Position numbers and translations under genes: made by a program | Source of the DNA: Nageia nagi | Taxonomy: Eukaryota > Plantae > Pinophyta | Direction: 5' to 3' | DNA length: 64,000 nt | NCBI GenBank assembly: GCA_050084985.1 | Contig: JBITNC010000001.1 | Location: 141,050,001-141,114,000, forward strand | Part shown: positions 37,201 to 49,303 of the stretch, in pieces | Layout of the letters: each line of letters starts with the position of its first letter | Numbering within the stretch: the stretch's first letter is position 1 | Notes under the pieces: model-generated | Seen by the model: only the letters and a program-made list of their open reading frames with translations | Told to the model about the DNA's origin: nothing | Databases searched by the model: none

Positions 37201-40200
37201 TTGCATTCCAAGATAGTAGATCAAGAGACCAAGATCAGTTATTTCAAACGTTGCCTTAAGTTTGGATATGCACTCTTGAATGATTTCATCATTGTTCCCA
37301 TTAGTCAAAAAATCATCCACATAAAGGAGAATCAAGACCACATCTTTTCCTTGATTGAGCACATATAGATCGAAGTCAGAAAAACACATAGAGAATCCAA
37401 TGTCTGCAAAGTACCTTGAAATCTTTCTATACCAGGCTCTAGGTGCTTTCTTAAGTCCATACAAAGACTTTTTTAGCTTGCACACAAAGGACTCTTTACC
37501 TTTCACAATAAACCCTTCTGATTGATCTATGAAGATTTTCACATCTAAGTCACAATTGAGAAATGCACTCTTGACGTCAAGTTGAAAAACTTTCCATCCT
37601 TGAGCTACAAAAAGAGAAATGATAACTCTCACACTACGCATCTTTGCCACAGGAGCAAAGGTTTCCTCATAATCTACATCGTATTTCTGAGCAAAACCTT
37701 TAGCTACTAACCTTGCCTTGTATTTCTCAATATCTAACTGAATTGAACTTGACCTTATAGATCCACTTATTGCCAATCACATTCTTATCATTGGAATATG
37801 GAACCAAGTTCCAAGTTTTATTTTTCATAAGTGCCTCATACTCCACTTTCATGGCTTCCATCCAACACTCATGTTTAAAAGCTTCTTTGAAAGATGAAGG
37901 CTCATAGTTGTTGTCAATCTTGGTAATTAAGGATTTGTTCAAGGTCATGCTCTTTGTTATCCTGTGTTGGAGAATTTTGTTCCTAAGGTGACTTGTCTAC
38001 ATCAATATCCAACCAACTAGGAGCAACTGAAGAGTCATCTGGATCATCAACATCCTCGTTAAAAGCAAATTCTTCAGGAAGTTCATTGAACTTTACATCC
38101 CTTGAAAGGAACACTACTTTATAGGATGGAAAATAAAGCTTGTAGCCTCTATGTTGACTGTCATAGCCCACAAAAATACATTTTTCAGCTCTTTTGTCCA
38201 ACTTCTTCCTTTTCTCAAAAAGAATATAGGAGAAAGCTTCACAACCAAACACCCTAAGATGAAAAATGTTAGGTTTTCTTTCTAACCATGCCTTAAAAAG
38301 AGTTTTATTCTGAACAGCTTTTGTGGAACACCTATTCAAAGTGTAAATAGCAGTGCCTACAGCTTCACCCCACAAGAATTTAGGAAGATTACCCAACATG
38401 CATCTAGCCATCTCCATAATTGTTCTATTTTTCCTTTCAGCAACACTGGTCTGCTGAGAAGTGTATGGAATTGTAAACTGCCTTTTGATTCTATACTTAG
38501 CACAATAGTTATTGAACTCGTTATATTCTCCTTCATTATTTGATCTCAACATCTTGATTTTAAAGTTAGTTTGATTGTTAACAAAGGCCTTAAAAACCTT
38601 AAAACTTTCAAAGGTTTGATCTTTGTGCTCAAATAGATACCGAAAGGTCATCCTATTAAAATCATCAATGAAAGTCAAGACGTAAGATGCTCCTTCAAGC
38701 GACTTAGTCTGAAACGGACCCATCAAATTTGAATGCACAAGTTGAAGAAGTTGAGATGCTCTTGTTGCCTTATCTTTTTCAAACTTTTGTCTATGCATCT
38801 TACCAAGAATGCACTTCTCGCATAGCCCAACCGAAAAAAAAATTGAAGGCAAACCTTCCACTAGTTATTGGTCTTTCATGACTTGAATACTCTTGTAGTT
38901 AAGGTGCCCTAAACAATGGTGCCAAAAATTGTCTTTAGAATACACACTAGAAGCAAGACACATCTTTGATGGAACTTGATCCACAATGTAGAGGTTATCT
39001 TTCACAGATCCTTTAACTAAAGTGGTAAGACCTTTCTTAATGCACTAGGAGTGAGAGTCAAACTCCAAAGAGTATCCTTTTCTAGCAACTTGGATTATGG
39101 AGAGAAGGTTCATCCTTAACTTAGAAACATAGAAAACATTTTCAAGAACCTTTTCGTGAATCAGCACACTCCCTATTCCTTGGATTTCAAAGGTAGAGTT
39201 ATCATCTATCACAACTGCATCCTTTTAATACTTGTGAAAGTTTTCAAACTTTTCTTTTTCAAAGCAAAGGTGATTAGTGCAACCAAAGTCAACAATCCAT
39301 TCAGATGAAAAAGAGCGAGACATGGAGTAGAGTGTCGCAGCAAAACCAACATAAGTATTTTTCTTTCTTTTGTAGTTATATTTCCATTTCCTTTGTTCTT
39401 TTCATCTCTTTTCTTTTTGTAGCAATCAATTTCTTTGTGACCTTAAATGCCACAATAGTTACATTTGCCATCAAACTTTTCCGTAGAATAAAAAGTGTTT
39501 GTTTTGCTTTTTCCATCTCTTTGCTTGAGATGATTATTGTTGTCGTTCCTGCTGCTGTTGTAGCCATTACCTCTTTTCTCAAACCTTTTGGAGGAAAAAA
39601 GATAAGATTTATTTTGATGATTGAACTTCTTGAAAGAAGTTTTGGTTGCACCAAAGGCAACGTTATTATCCTTAGAAGAAGAAATCAACACCTTATTGTT
39701 AAGGGTTTCCTCATGCTTCAATAAATGCTTAGATAGGTTCTCAAGGGAGATGATTTTTTTCATCATTAAGTCTTGTTTCCATAACTGTTACAAAGTTTCC
39801 AAACTTTGAAGAGAGGCTTTGAAGAATGATGAAGACCATAAACTCATCATTGATCCAATTGCATCCACAAGCAACAAGTCCTTAAGTCAATGATTTTGTT
39901 CAAGTAGATAGCAACATTTTCATCTTTCCTTTGACGAGATTGAAGCAACTTTTGGAAAATAGTAAACCTTCTTGAAAAGTTTGAACCAAGGTAGATTTGT
40001 TTAAGCTTATCCCACTCTTCCTTTGCTAAAATTGAAGAGGAAATCATTAGGAGCACATCATCTGAAACTGCACTGTAAATCATGGAAGTTGCCAACTCAT
40101 TCTTTGTGTTGTAAGCCTCTAGTGCCTTGTCATCTATAGGAGGTACAAGGTTCTTATTCACTGTTTGCCAAAACTTCCTTGCCTACAATTCGACTCTCAT

Positions 40201-43200
40201 CCGTGATTCCCAAATCCCATAGTTGGAACTATCAAGAATGTGTTTGGGTAAAAAGGATTCTCCCATTTGCTACACAAGAATGTAAAATAATAAGCATGTG
40301 ATTTCAATAAACAACATTAAATGTTAAATTTTAACCAAGTAAATAATACATGTTACATTTAACACTAAAACATGCTTGATTTGATTCACAAATGCAAATG
40401 TTTTACAATTCAAATAATAACCCACATACCCAAATAAATTTTTCATCTCAAGAACCATAGATGTAGAGTGACATTGTTGAGGCCTGTTGTTTTGTCTAAA
40501 ATTAGACTTTCACCTAGATGCCCACACAAGAGGAGCCCAGGTCCTACCAATCCTCAACCAATTCCCCTTGAGCAGTAATATACTCTCACAAGGAGAAGTA
40601 CTAGTTATTTTCCAAGGTTCCAACGTTTATTGGATCGACCAAATTATTAATCTTGATTAGGTTTCAAGTTGTCCTCCTAGGTTGTCAGGATAATCCCTGA
40701 ATAGACGTGCGGACATGTGGTATCACTACACACATGTCTGTCCACCTAATAGAGCTATGTCCAAACCAACAGAGGACTTAAAAGCAATTAAGAAGTACGG
40801 ACTTTTCACCACTTAGATTGTCGAACATTAAAGGCTTCAATCCATCTATCCTCACCTCATGGCTCCTTAAACAAGTCATGTTGCGAAATGTACGTGCGAA
40901 TGTGTTTATTTCAGGAGGTTGCTCATATCAATGTTTGCATTTTTGTTTGCATAAGCAAACAAATCAAAGTATGAAACATGAAATAAAATAGCATAAGTAA
41001 AACATCATCCATTCAATAACTTGAAACCTAAGTGTCCAATGGATTTTGTTTACCAACCCCTAAAGGATATCTTTACATTAATCCTAATTTTGCACAAGTT
41101 AATTTTGCAAAAAAAATGAGAAATACTTAAACATAAGCATTAAAAAATTTGCATAAGTTAATTTAAGGAATTAAGTCCTAAGCATGCAACATTCTATTAA
41201 AAAATAAGTAATAGGTATGCATTATGTAAATGAAGAAGCATTCATCATTCCATAATTTGCACAAGTTAATTCATTAACTTTGCAAAAAAAAATGCATAAG
41301 TCCATTCATAACATTGCATCAAAGATCTAAAAAAAAATTTAAGTATTGCATAAGGATTCAATACTTAAAAATTAATAAGGATATAACAATTTAAGTAAAA
41401 AAATTTATAAAATTTCCCCCTTATTTTTACTTAAAATCATGATCCCTCGAAAAATAGCATTAGCAACAAAATTGCAAGTTTTTCCTTAAAAAAATTTAAC
41501 TAAGAAAAAAAATGTTAAGCATTAATGCCAACAATAAGCACTTTAAAAAAGGCTTAAATAAAGTAATTATAGGGATTAAAAAAAGGCTACTTCAAAAAAA
41601 ATGATTTCCTCCATTTAAACAAGTAGGTGTTTTAATGCTTGTACTAGTACTTGAGAAAAAAAAGTCAAATAATTTTAATGCCATTTTACCCTAAACACTC
41701 CAAGTAAAATAAAAAAAATACACTAAGTTAGAGGCTATTCATGATGGAGTACTTCTTCCTAAGCAAAAAATAAGTGCATTTAGGTAAAAAGATATGGACA
41801 CCCCTCCCTTAAAAAGGAGAAAATGTTGCTTAAGTATATTGCAAGTAATTCAATGCACCTTGGGAGCCACCCTTTGCGTGGAAATCAAAAAGAAATTAAT
41901 CCATAGACAGTCAAAAAAAAAGGACCTCCTATTATCCTCTTAAGGCAAGAACAGGAGGTGCCTATGGAGAAACTCCAACAGCTCAATGGAATTGTGTAGC
42001 TTGAAGTTCAGCATAAAGTTAAAAAAAAAAAAAAATTATTAATAGTGCATAGGGCTGAGACGAGGGAGGTCGTGCGGAGGTCTATGCAAGGAAGCATATG
42101 CTAAATGGAAGGTGGAAGACTGCAATGAGATGAGCGCCTACTAGCGCAGCTGCGAGGTAAAAAATTTCCAACGTGGAAGGAGAGGGCCCGTGCAGGAGAA
42201 GGGATCGAGAGTTAAGCTGCAAGACCACCCCCCTATGCGAACGACCACAAGCAAGAAAACTGATATGAAAACGGAGAAGGGACAAAATCACATGAGTGGC
42301 AACTATGGTGGAGGAGAGGGCAGCTAGCAACGAAAAAAAAAAGGTAAAAAATTTAAATCTGCGAGACAGCTTGTGCGAAGGGAGGACAGAAGGGCTACGA
42401 AATAGTTGCAAGACAGCTTGGCAAGTGGTCTAAGGTGCTAGAAGAGGCTGTGAGGAGTCACGAAGGGGAAGATGTGGTGCTGGTGGAGGGGTGAGGTCGC
42501 CTTTAGGCACAGCCTACACAAGGGAGAATGCATCCTACGTGAGACGCATTGGTTGCCTTAGCTCAGCAAGAGGGGTGGCGTCGAAGCTGGCTGGGAGAGG
42601 AAGTGGTTGTGAGTGACTGAGCAACCATGAAGTTAAAAAGAAAAAACAGAGGGCGTGAGGAGCAATAGGGACCGTGAGTGGAGAGGAGAGGCGGTGATGG
42701 AGATGCAGGCAACCTGTGGAGGGGTGTAGCTAGTCTAAGGCACCAATTTCAGTTACTGGTTCGAAAGTAGGCATCCAAAGACAAGCTGGAGGGGCCAAGC
42801 ATCAGGAGTTTTTACTCATGCGATAGAGGATAGGCTAGCAAAGAATAAAGACCGCCTCTTCTTCTGTTTTGAAATAGTAAAAAAAATGTTTTTTTTGCTT
42901 GCAAAACATTAGGTATATATTAACAAAATTTATTGCTCTTTTAAAAATTCAAAACTTTGTATATAAGAAAAAAATACAAACTTCTTATATAATTTTTATA
43001 AAAAAAAGGTTAAGAGCTTCCTCTTTTATTCAACAATGAATAGCTTCTAAGAGAGAAAAAATATTTTAATTTTCATATACTAACCTCCTTAGTAAAACTA
43101 ACAATATGTTAAACAATTTTGAAAAAAAAAATTGCAATTAACACAATAAGTTAGTATAAGAAAAAAAATGCAACATATTACTATCTCAACCATATTTTGA

Positions 43201-45599
43201 AAAAAAAATGAACTAACATATGACACAAGGTATGTTAGTATCATTAATGAAATAATCCAAAAATAAATAACCAAGAAGGAAGGAATTTATACCTTCTCTT
43301 AGTTTTACCTCAACAAGACCTCAAAAATTGAAGAAAAAAGATCTCCAAAATGTTGAAGAGGAACCTTCAAACCAACGATGTGAAGAGGAGTCTCCAAGAT
43401 GCTCTGATACCAATTTGAAGGAACTAACACTAACAAGATAATTCCTAAACAACCAAGATCTCTTGAAAACTCACAATACACATCTAACAAACTCACAAAT
43501 AAGACAATCTCACAAAGTAACTCAAAATGTAAAGTGGTTCCTCCAACTAGGAGTACATCCACTAACTAGATCTTTACTTCAATCACAAATACAACTCTCT
43601 TACAATCCTCCTAATCTCAACTCCTACACTTCTAGCCTATAGCATAACTTTACTCCATAAATTGGTGTGTGATCACAAAAAAAGAGTCTTCTATTTATAG
43701 GCCAAAATCCCTCTTTGGATGACTATTTTATCCATTGCAAAAAAGCATGATATGCACATCCTTTTATCCAAGGGGCATGCTCATGACATAGAGTGTAGGA
43801 CAAGTTACATTATCATATTCACTTAAATACTTAAGGTATCAAATGATACCCTTAAGTATTAGTGAATTTACTTATAAGATTTAATACAAACCTTTACAAT
43901 AATGCATTATACATTCCAACAAAAAAACACCTTTATAATCTGTAAAATGAAAACATATATATCCGAGAAGTGCATCCATACCACATCTACTTCCATATCT
44001 GATAAAACCGACCTCAGCTGCTCAAAGACAAAATCCTTCGGCAGCAAATGAATACCCTATATGGAAGCAAACAAACAAATATAAGCTACTTGCCTTTCTT
44101 TTACTTTCCCAAAAACTTTCTAAATTTCTAAGAACAAATCATGGATGATATTGATTTACTTCAAAATAGAAAAAGAACCTATCAACATTGTCCGATATCA
44201 AATTTCAATGGCAAAATCATCAAGTCTTCTAGAAGTCTTTATCTTATTCTAATAAATCATTTTTACGTCAAGATAGCCGTGAAGGTATATTTACAGAAGA
44301 ACTTTTCACAGAAAAATGTTGTTTTTAAATGCACATGAAAAAACTCTATAGCCAACTCTCACACGCACAAAGGTACCTTAACAGGATTTGAACCAGGGTC
44401 ATTTAGAAGTCTACACTCCCTCACTGTAAGGTTACCTTTTTCCATCAATAAATTTTTAAAAAATTATATATTTATCAACTTTCAATATGAAATGTACTGA
44501 TCAGTTCTATGCTATTCTTCTGTTATTGGGCTATTAATTTTTTTTAATCTGAATATATATCTTGGGATTTATATTAATCATTTATTTAAGTTTAATGTAT
44601 AACTAATATTCATGCACTTTTAAGCATGGAATTCAGGAAACACAAGCACCTTAAATAGGAAAATGTGAATATAAATTAACAGAACATCCAAAAGTTTGTT
44701 TATGAATTGACAAAGCTTTCAGTGAATGTGATCTTTTTACATTATTTGCCTTAAAAACTTCATATGCACTATATGCATTTCCATCACTTACAATTTTCTA
44801 TCTCTTAGAAATACCCTAAATTGGGCAAGGTGTCAGAAAGTCTCTCTTTTACCTCTATTTTATTCAGTAAATCCGTTTTCAAATCATATGAACTCATTAA
44901 TCAACTTTATTGCAGGTCACCTTCTCCTTATACTTTCCATTAATGGTAATTGAAATAGCAACAGAGATATATTTATTATCCAACACACTCTCCCAATGAG
45001 ATAGAAGGTTCTAGCGTTAAATCCATTTCAAACTCTCTTAAATAGCATAAAAGGAATGAAATCCAAAGTAATGTTCGACTGCTGAAGATAATTGGTTTGT
45101 AAAATCAAGGCTCTCTCCCTCGCGACAGTTTAAAATGGATTTAGATTGGCGTTTACACATCATATTATAATTAATCTGGTGTTATACCTCTCTCAACCCA
45201 CAAAATGTACAAACCAAATTACCAGTGTACCCAAAAGTAGCATAACCACCAGAAGGGTATAAATACCCCTCGTCCTCCTATAGAGTTAGCAAATAGAATT
45301 ACCTGAACTCCTAAAGTATTCTGAGCAGTAACAGCAGTTATGACAGTGGAACAGTAAACTCCAAGGGCACCGCATGCCTTGATATCAGCTTGAATGCCTG
45401 CCCCTGCCCCTGAATCTGACCCTGCAACACTCACCACGTGTGGAATCTTCGTTTTCATCTCCATCTTTTGACTTTTATGGGTTATTTCTACTTTGTTTTC
45501 CCCCATTGCCATTGTGATTGTGTTATTCGACGACAAACAACTCCTACTGTGAGAGCCCACGGTATTTATGAAAAATGGAATGCGGACTGAGAAAGCCAT
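16162..45599 (-). CDS. TH1: Thiamine biosynthetic bifunctional enzyme TH1 (HMP/HMP-P kinase + thiamine-phosphate synthase), first five coding exons: 45599-45303, 44056-43982, 19109-19035, 18954-18879, 16296-16162; frameshift in exon 3; downstream exons not in window
   Basis: Spliced peptide carries ThiD motifs in the expected order: [33 protein letters not shown] / [15 protein letters not shown] / VKTGMLPS / [13 protein letters not shown] / [25 protein letters not shown]. All introns are GT-AG. N-terminus resembles a plastid transit peptide. Confidence 0.93.
17106..17968. repeat. Old inverted repeat in TH1 intron 4: arms ~170 bp (17106-17278, 17800-17968), spacer ~520 bp
   Basis: ACCTTTGAATTCAAACTCTGAAAC..CATCAACTTCTTGTAAACTTGCAGTGTTGGTGGT matches the reverse complement of 17800-17968 at ~70-75% by eye. 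Confidence 0.8.
18879..18954 (-). CDS. TH1: TH1 coding exon 4 (76 nt)
   Basis: gtgcag|CA TTA GTA.. (A)[24 protein letters not shown](R) |gtatg. Confidence 0.94.
19035..19109 (-). CDS. TH1: TH1 coding exon 3 (75 nt; 76 needed, so 1-nt deletion)
   Basis: tgtag|GTA AAG ACA GGT ATG CTT CCA TCA ACA (VKTGMLPST); homology continues in a shifted frame as [15 protein letters not shown]; donor GAG|gtatg. Confidence 0.9.
21830..23700 (-). mobile_element. Decayed non-LTR retrotransposon (RTE-like LINE) RT fragments
   Basis: PDNY..MIGH.F..LYA..; [38 protein letters not shown] (cf. DHIFTL..IIEE..FVDF.KAFD). Boundaries approximate. Confidence 0.7.
22641..22745 (+). mobile_element. Isolated left end of a hAT-family non-autonomous element
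   Basis: Starts CAAGGTTC with GGGAAC subterminal repeats, matching the TIR family at 25645, 30416 and 4266. Confidence 0.55.
24200..25070 (-). mobile_element. Second decayed RTE-like LINE RT fragment
   Basis: Minus strand [52 protein letters not shown]. Confidence 0.8.
25215..25515. repeat. 39-bp minisatellite, ~7-8 copies
   Basis: TTGCAAGATAAAGAAGAGAGATCTTCA..ATTGCTTTTG repeated; also visible as periodic ORFs 25259-25507 and 25326-25523. Confidence 0.9.
26052..29982 (-). mobile_element. Solo LTR (3931 bp) of a Tat/Ogre-like Ty3/gypsy family
   Basis: TG..CA termini, perfect 5-bp TSD AGGAG (26047-26051 and 29983-29987), no coding region, terminus similar to the LTR ending at 3518, TATA-like CTATAAATA near 27060 on minus. 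Confidence 0.88.
27640..29140. repeat. ~182-bp tandem repeat, ~8 diverged copies, inside the solo LTR
   Basis: Anchor (T/G)GCTCAAA recurs near 27676, 27857, 28040, 28223, 28405, 28589, 28771 and 28955. Confidence 0.88.
30600..32700 (-). mobile_element. Probable highly decayed LINE (endonuclease/ORF1 side)
   Basis: Only weak APE-like fragments on the minus strand (e.g. PLTPLGKGL); boundaries uncertain. Confidence 0.35.
35955..36250. repeat. Tandem repeats in the copia 3' untranslated region (5 copies of core CATGGATAACTGAACAGTGC)
   Basis: Units of ~46 and ~63 bp; reflected in the periodic ORFs 35948-36187 and 35979-36293. Confidence 0.9.
36357..40266 (-). pseudogene. Copia gag-pol, broken by stops and frameshifts
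   Basis: Gag MGESF..NYGIW; zinc knuckle CNYCGI; [12 protein letters not shown]; [18 protein letters not shown]; [25 protein letters not shown]; [25 protein letters not shown]. Confidence 0.95.
43982..44056 (-). CDS. TH1: TH1 coding exon 2 (75 nt)
   Basis: tatag|GGT ATT CAT.. [25 protein letters not shown] |gtatg; phase 0 at both ends. Confidence 0.93.
45303..45599 (-). CDS. TH1: TH1 coding exon 1 (99 codons; transit peptide + start of ThiD domain)
   Basis: [48 protein letters not shown], donor CAG|GTAATT at 45302. Confidence 0.95.
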
Positions 45600-45783
45600 C
45601 TATTACATGGATTGAAATTTCATCGCTTCATGCAACCGCCAAGCAGGAGAAGAGTTACTAATCAGTAGTTCTGAAGCCTAGGAGAAAGGCAAACACTATT
45701 AAAACATTAATTTAGTTTTCTTTATAGAATGGGTTTCTTTGTAATTGTGAGTTTATTAGGGAAGTTGGAGCGTAGGTTGACTA

Positions 45784-45786
<3 letters not shown>

Positions 45787-45829
<43 letters not shown>
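45787..45829. repeat. (TA)n microsatellite upstream of the TH1 start codon
   Basis: Direct reading. Confidence 0.98.
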
Positions 45830-45833
<4 letters not shown>

Positions 45834-46289
45834 GTTCGAGCATGGGTTGATTGAAAAAAAATATTGATGATGATAATGATGAAAGATTTGTTGATTTATA
45901 AATTTACAATAAATATGTTTGATATTGAATGTAAAATTTTGGATGATTTTGATAATAAAAATATTTTCGTTTTATTTTGAAATTGAAGTTAATTTTTTCA
46001 AAAAAAATAATTTAAAATAAAGTTTTCTTCTTCATGGTATTAAAGGAGTTGAAGAAATAATAAAAACATATGAAAAGCTTAGGTTCAAATCTTTTTAATA
46101 GCTTTTCTTAAAATTTAAAAAAAAAGTTTAAAGATATTTAAACAAAAAAATAACTTCTTTTATTCATTTTAAATTATTTCTTATACTTATTTATTTATAA
46201 TATTTACATTTTGTACATATATTTTAAATTTATCAAATTTCAATTTAATATATTTATTTATTTTTAAAGTGTTTGCAATTGTATAATAT

Positions 46290-46620
46290 TTATACTTATT
46301 TTCAATAGAATTATTATATTTTTCCTATTCATTATTTTTATATTGATATCATTTTAATTTAGAAAATAAAGAGTAATTTGATTTACCATTATAAATTTTT
46401 ACCTTAGTTAATGTAAGAATATTGTATCCTTGTTAATAATAAATATTATGATATTTATGCTTATTTTCAATAGAATTATTATGTTTTTTTATTCATTATT
46501 TTAATATTAATATCATTTTAATTTAGAAAATAAAGAGTAATACGATTTAACAATATAAATCTTTTATCTTAGTTAAAGTAAGAATGTTTTATTCTTGTTA
46601 ATAATAAATATTATGAAGTA
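46290..46620. repeat. AT-rich tandem duplication, ~165 bp x2
   Basis: CTTATTTTCAATAGAATTATTAT..TTAGAAAATAAAGAGTAAT..TTGTTAATAATAAATATTATGA occurs twice. Confidence 0.85.
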
Positions 46621-49303
46621 TAAATTCAATGTATCTTATTTTTAATGATGTATTTGAACTTAATTATAAAATTTATACATAAGTAAATTTCATATTAATG
46701 AAGATTTTATCCTTGTAAATATTTGATTTGTACATCACGTTAGTACTAGAAGTTGTTTAAAGTAACTCTAGGTTAAACTTGGACACCCAAAATAACATAT
46801 ATTTTTATTTATTTTATATTAGGATAAATTTAATATTTGGCATTGTTGATACTAATCAACATCATCCATATAAGATTTTTCGTGCATTATTAGTACATGG
46901 CATCATTTATCAAGGACCTTTACGATGCAATTAATTTTTATCAATTTTTTTAATGAAAAAAGGTATTTTAATTAATAAAAATATTTTACAATTAAAAGAG
47001 AGTTTACGGGTGGTGAAAGGCACACCTCAAAAAGATAACACCTAATGCTAACCGTAATTTAAGTAATAACATAATCATATTAACCCTGAAGATCGGTTAA
47101 GAGCCAAAAATAGAAAATATCATCATAACACAGAATAATTGTAACAAGGCAAAGTTGCAATTAATTTGCTTCATGTGAGGAGCCCTTGGGGGTTGCTTAT
47201 GAATCTACCATGCATTACTATTTATTAGAAGGGATGGGATGCAAGTCCTAACCATCATTAACTCGAAAGGGACTATCTTCTTGATCCATTATGTCTCCCC
47301 ATCCTGTACTCAATTAAGAGGAAGAGGGTGGTTGAGACCAACCTCATTACATCGAGGAAGTAATGACTAATGGAAAAGTCCATCCTGCAACAAGCTCGTT
47401 AGGCAATCGCATATCCCATCTGCTATAAGGATGAGATGAGCTTACCTCTAAATCGCTATATTGCATTCTTATTAGAGAGAGCTAAGACCAATGATGGTCA
47501 ACTCACTATGATCGTAAATGCAATAAGGGATACTGACATGAGAAAGAGCATGATTGATCCTGAAAAGCATTATTAGGAGGTAATCTACTAACTGCACAAG
47601 GAGCATTGACCAAATATTTCATAAGAGTATAAAGGTGTGAGAGCTTAAGCTCAACCTTACGCACCTAATCAATAATTTGTAACCATACATCAAAGAAAAT
47701 ATGTATTTTATCAAATAGAGAAAAATCTATTAATGGAGTAACATTATAAAATATACCATACATCCCGTAAAGGTAAAATGAGGGTGAAAGAATCCCCCAG
47801 TAAGGCATGTTGCCAAGAAAAGGAAATAGGCATGTAGGGAGCAAAAAAGGAAAACACCCACTCCTAGGTAGACATAACATTTTGCATGACCAAAACTTAT
47901 GCATGCAAGACTGTGGCTCGTTACAAAAAGCACAATGGCAATCAAGCACTCCTAAGTACTTAATTTGGATTCCTATGGGGAGACCCTAATTTAGAAGGTT
48001 CTAAACAAAAAAAAAATTGAGCTCAATATAAGATACCCAAGTTGCAACAAATTGTTGTTTCCATCTAGTATGCTTAGATACAAGATCCTATTTCTCATTT
48101 AATTGTGGCATTATAGGTGAGGCTAGAGAGAACCAATTATAACCAAGTGAAGGTTTGTACTTAAGAAAGGGATCATCAACATGTTAGCCCTAGTCTTCCC
48201 ACCAAGGCTTTTGAGAGTGTACACCTATTTTATGAACAATAAAATAAGGTGTAAGCTCCATAATGATATCATAAGTAGCCTTATCTAAGTGATTCAACTA
48301 GAACACTCATTTGAAATTATCATAAGCAAGCTAGTCCCTTGTGTGTTTGTTGAAGAATTCAATAATTGTAGCAATGCCTCTCTTATATAACTTACAAGCA
48401 TGAACCCAACCAGTGGCATGCCTTGGTATTGAAAAAGAGAATACCACCATATATTAATCTTGTTAATAGAAAGGTCTTTATTAAAAACATTTCATTTCCA
48501 TTTAATCCAAAGAAAAAGTTGTTGCCAAGTTTTCTAGATGCTCTTTATCACAAATGAGATTAGGATTTTTACAAACATTGAATATATAATAAGAGAAGGG
48601 AAATCCATACCCTTCCAAGCATTTTCTATTTAGAGGCAACTCGATATAAATAAAGTGTCAAATAAAAATTTTCCATCCTTATAAAACTTTAAGAGCTCGA
48701 ATAATCCATTTAGCACAAAGAGCCATCCCCTGTCGTTTGCAATCTAGCAAGTCCATACCATTCGACTCCCTAGGGAGGTAACTAGTATGCCATGTAACTC
48801 TACGAAATCTTTGTTTCTTAGTGTTACCATTCCATAGGAAGTCTCATAGGATTTTTTCAAGTGTTCTAGCATAATTACGATGGAAACTAGCAAGAATAAT
48901 AGTAAACATGGATGGATGCAAGCACTTTTGAATAAATTTGAAATTTTTCAGTCAAGGGAAGATTCTTAGAGTTCTAGTAGTCTAAATTTTTTTTACCTAA
49001 TCACATAAATCCATAGTTGAGAAGGTAACCCATTAAAAGCAAATTATATGCTAAGGAATTTAAAAACTTCCTTAAGGAGAATCTAATTTTGTTGGAATTA
49101 AGTTAGCCAAGTAGGCATGGGCAAGGGAGATTATCTATATAAAAAAAGTCTTCTTCCATTGAATGTTAGAGCCAGAGACTTTACAGAATATTTTGAGACA
49201 TTCAATTGCCTCAAAAATTAATTACTCATATTCCTAAATGGTAAGGAATGAGTCATCTTCAAAATTGGCATTGATGAGCTACCCTTGGTAATCAAGCAGA
49301 GCA

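Larger units (their letters stand above)
35010..43921 (-). mobile_element. Full-length Ty1/copia LTR retrotransposon (8912 bp): LTRs 43416-43921 and 35010-35494, PBS-Met 43401-43412, PPT 35495-35502, TSD AAAAA
   Basis: Paired TG..CA LTRs (~90% identical with indels), TGGTATCAGAGC PBS, AGGGGGAG PPT, gag-PR-IN-RT-RH order. Confidence 0.95.

Noticed and set aside
44370-44440. tRNA gene (B-box GGTTCAAATCC on minus; similar motif near 18583)
   Set aside because: No cloverleaf can be built; at most tRNA-derived SINE remnants.
16162-45720. TPP riboswitch associated with a thiamine gene
   Set aside because: Plant TPP riboswitches are known from THIC (and some THI1) 3' regions, not TH1; I saw no CUGAGA..CCUGA aptamer layout, and the 3' end is not in the window. 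An Infernal RF00059 search would be decisive.
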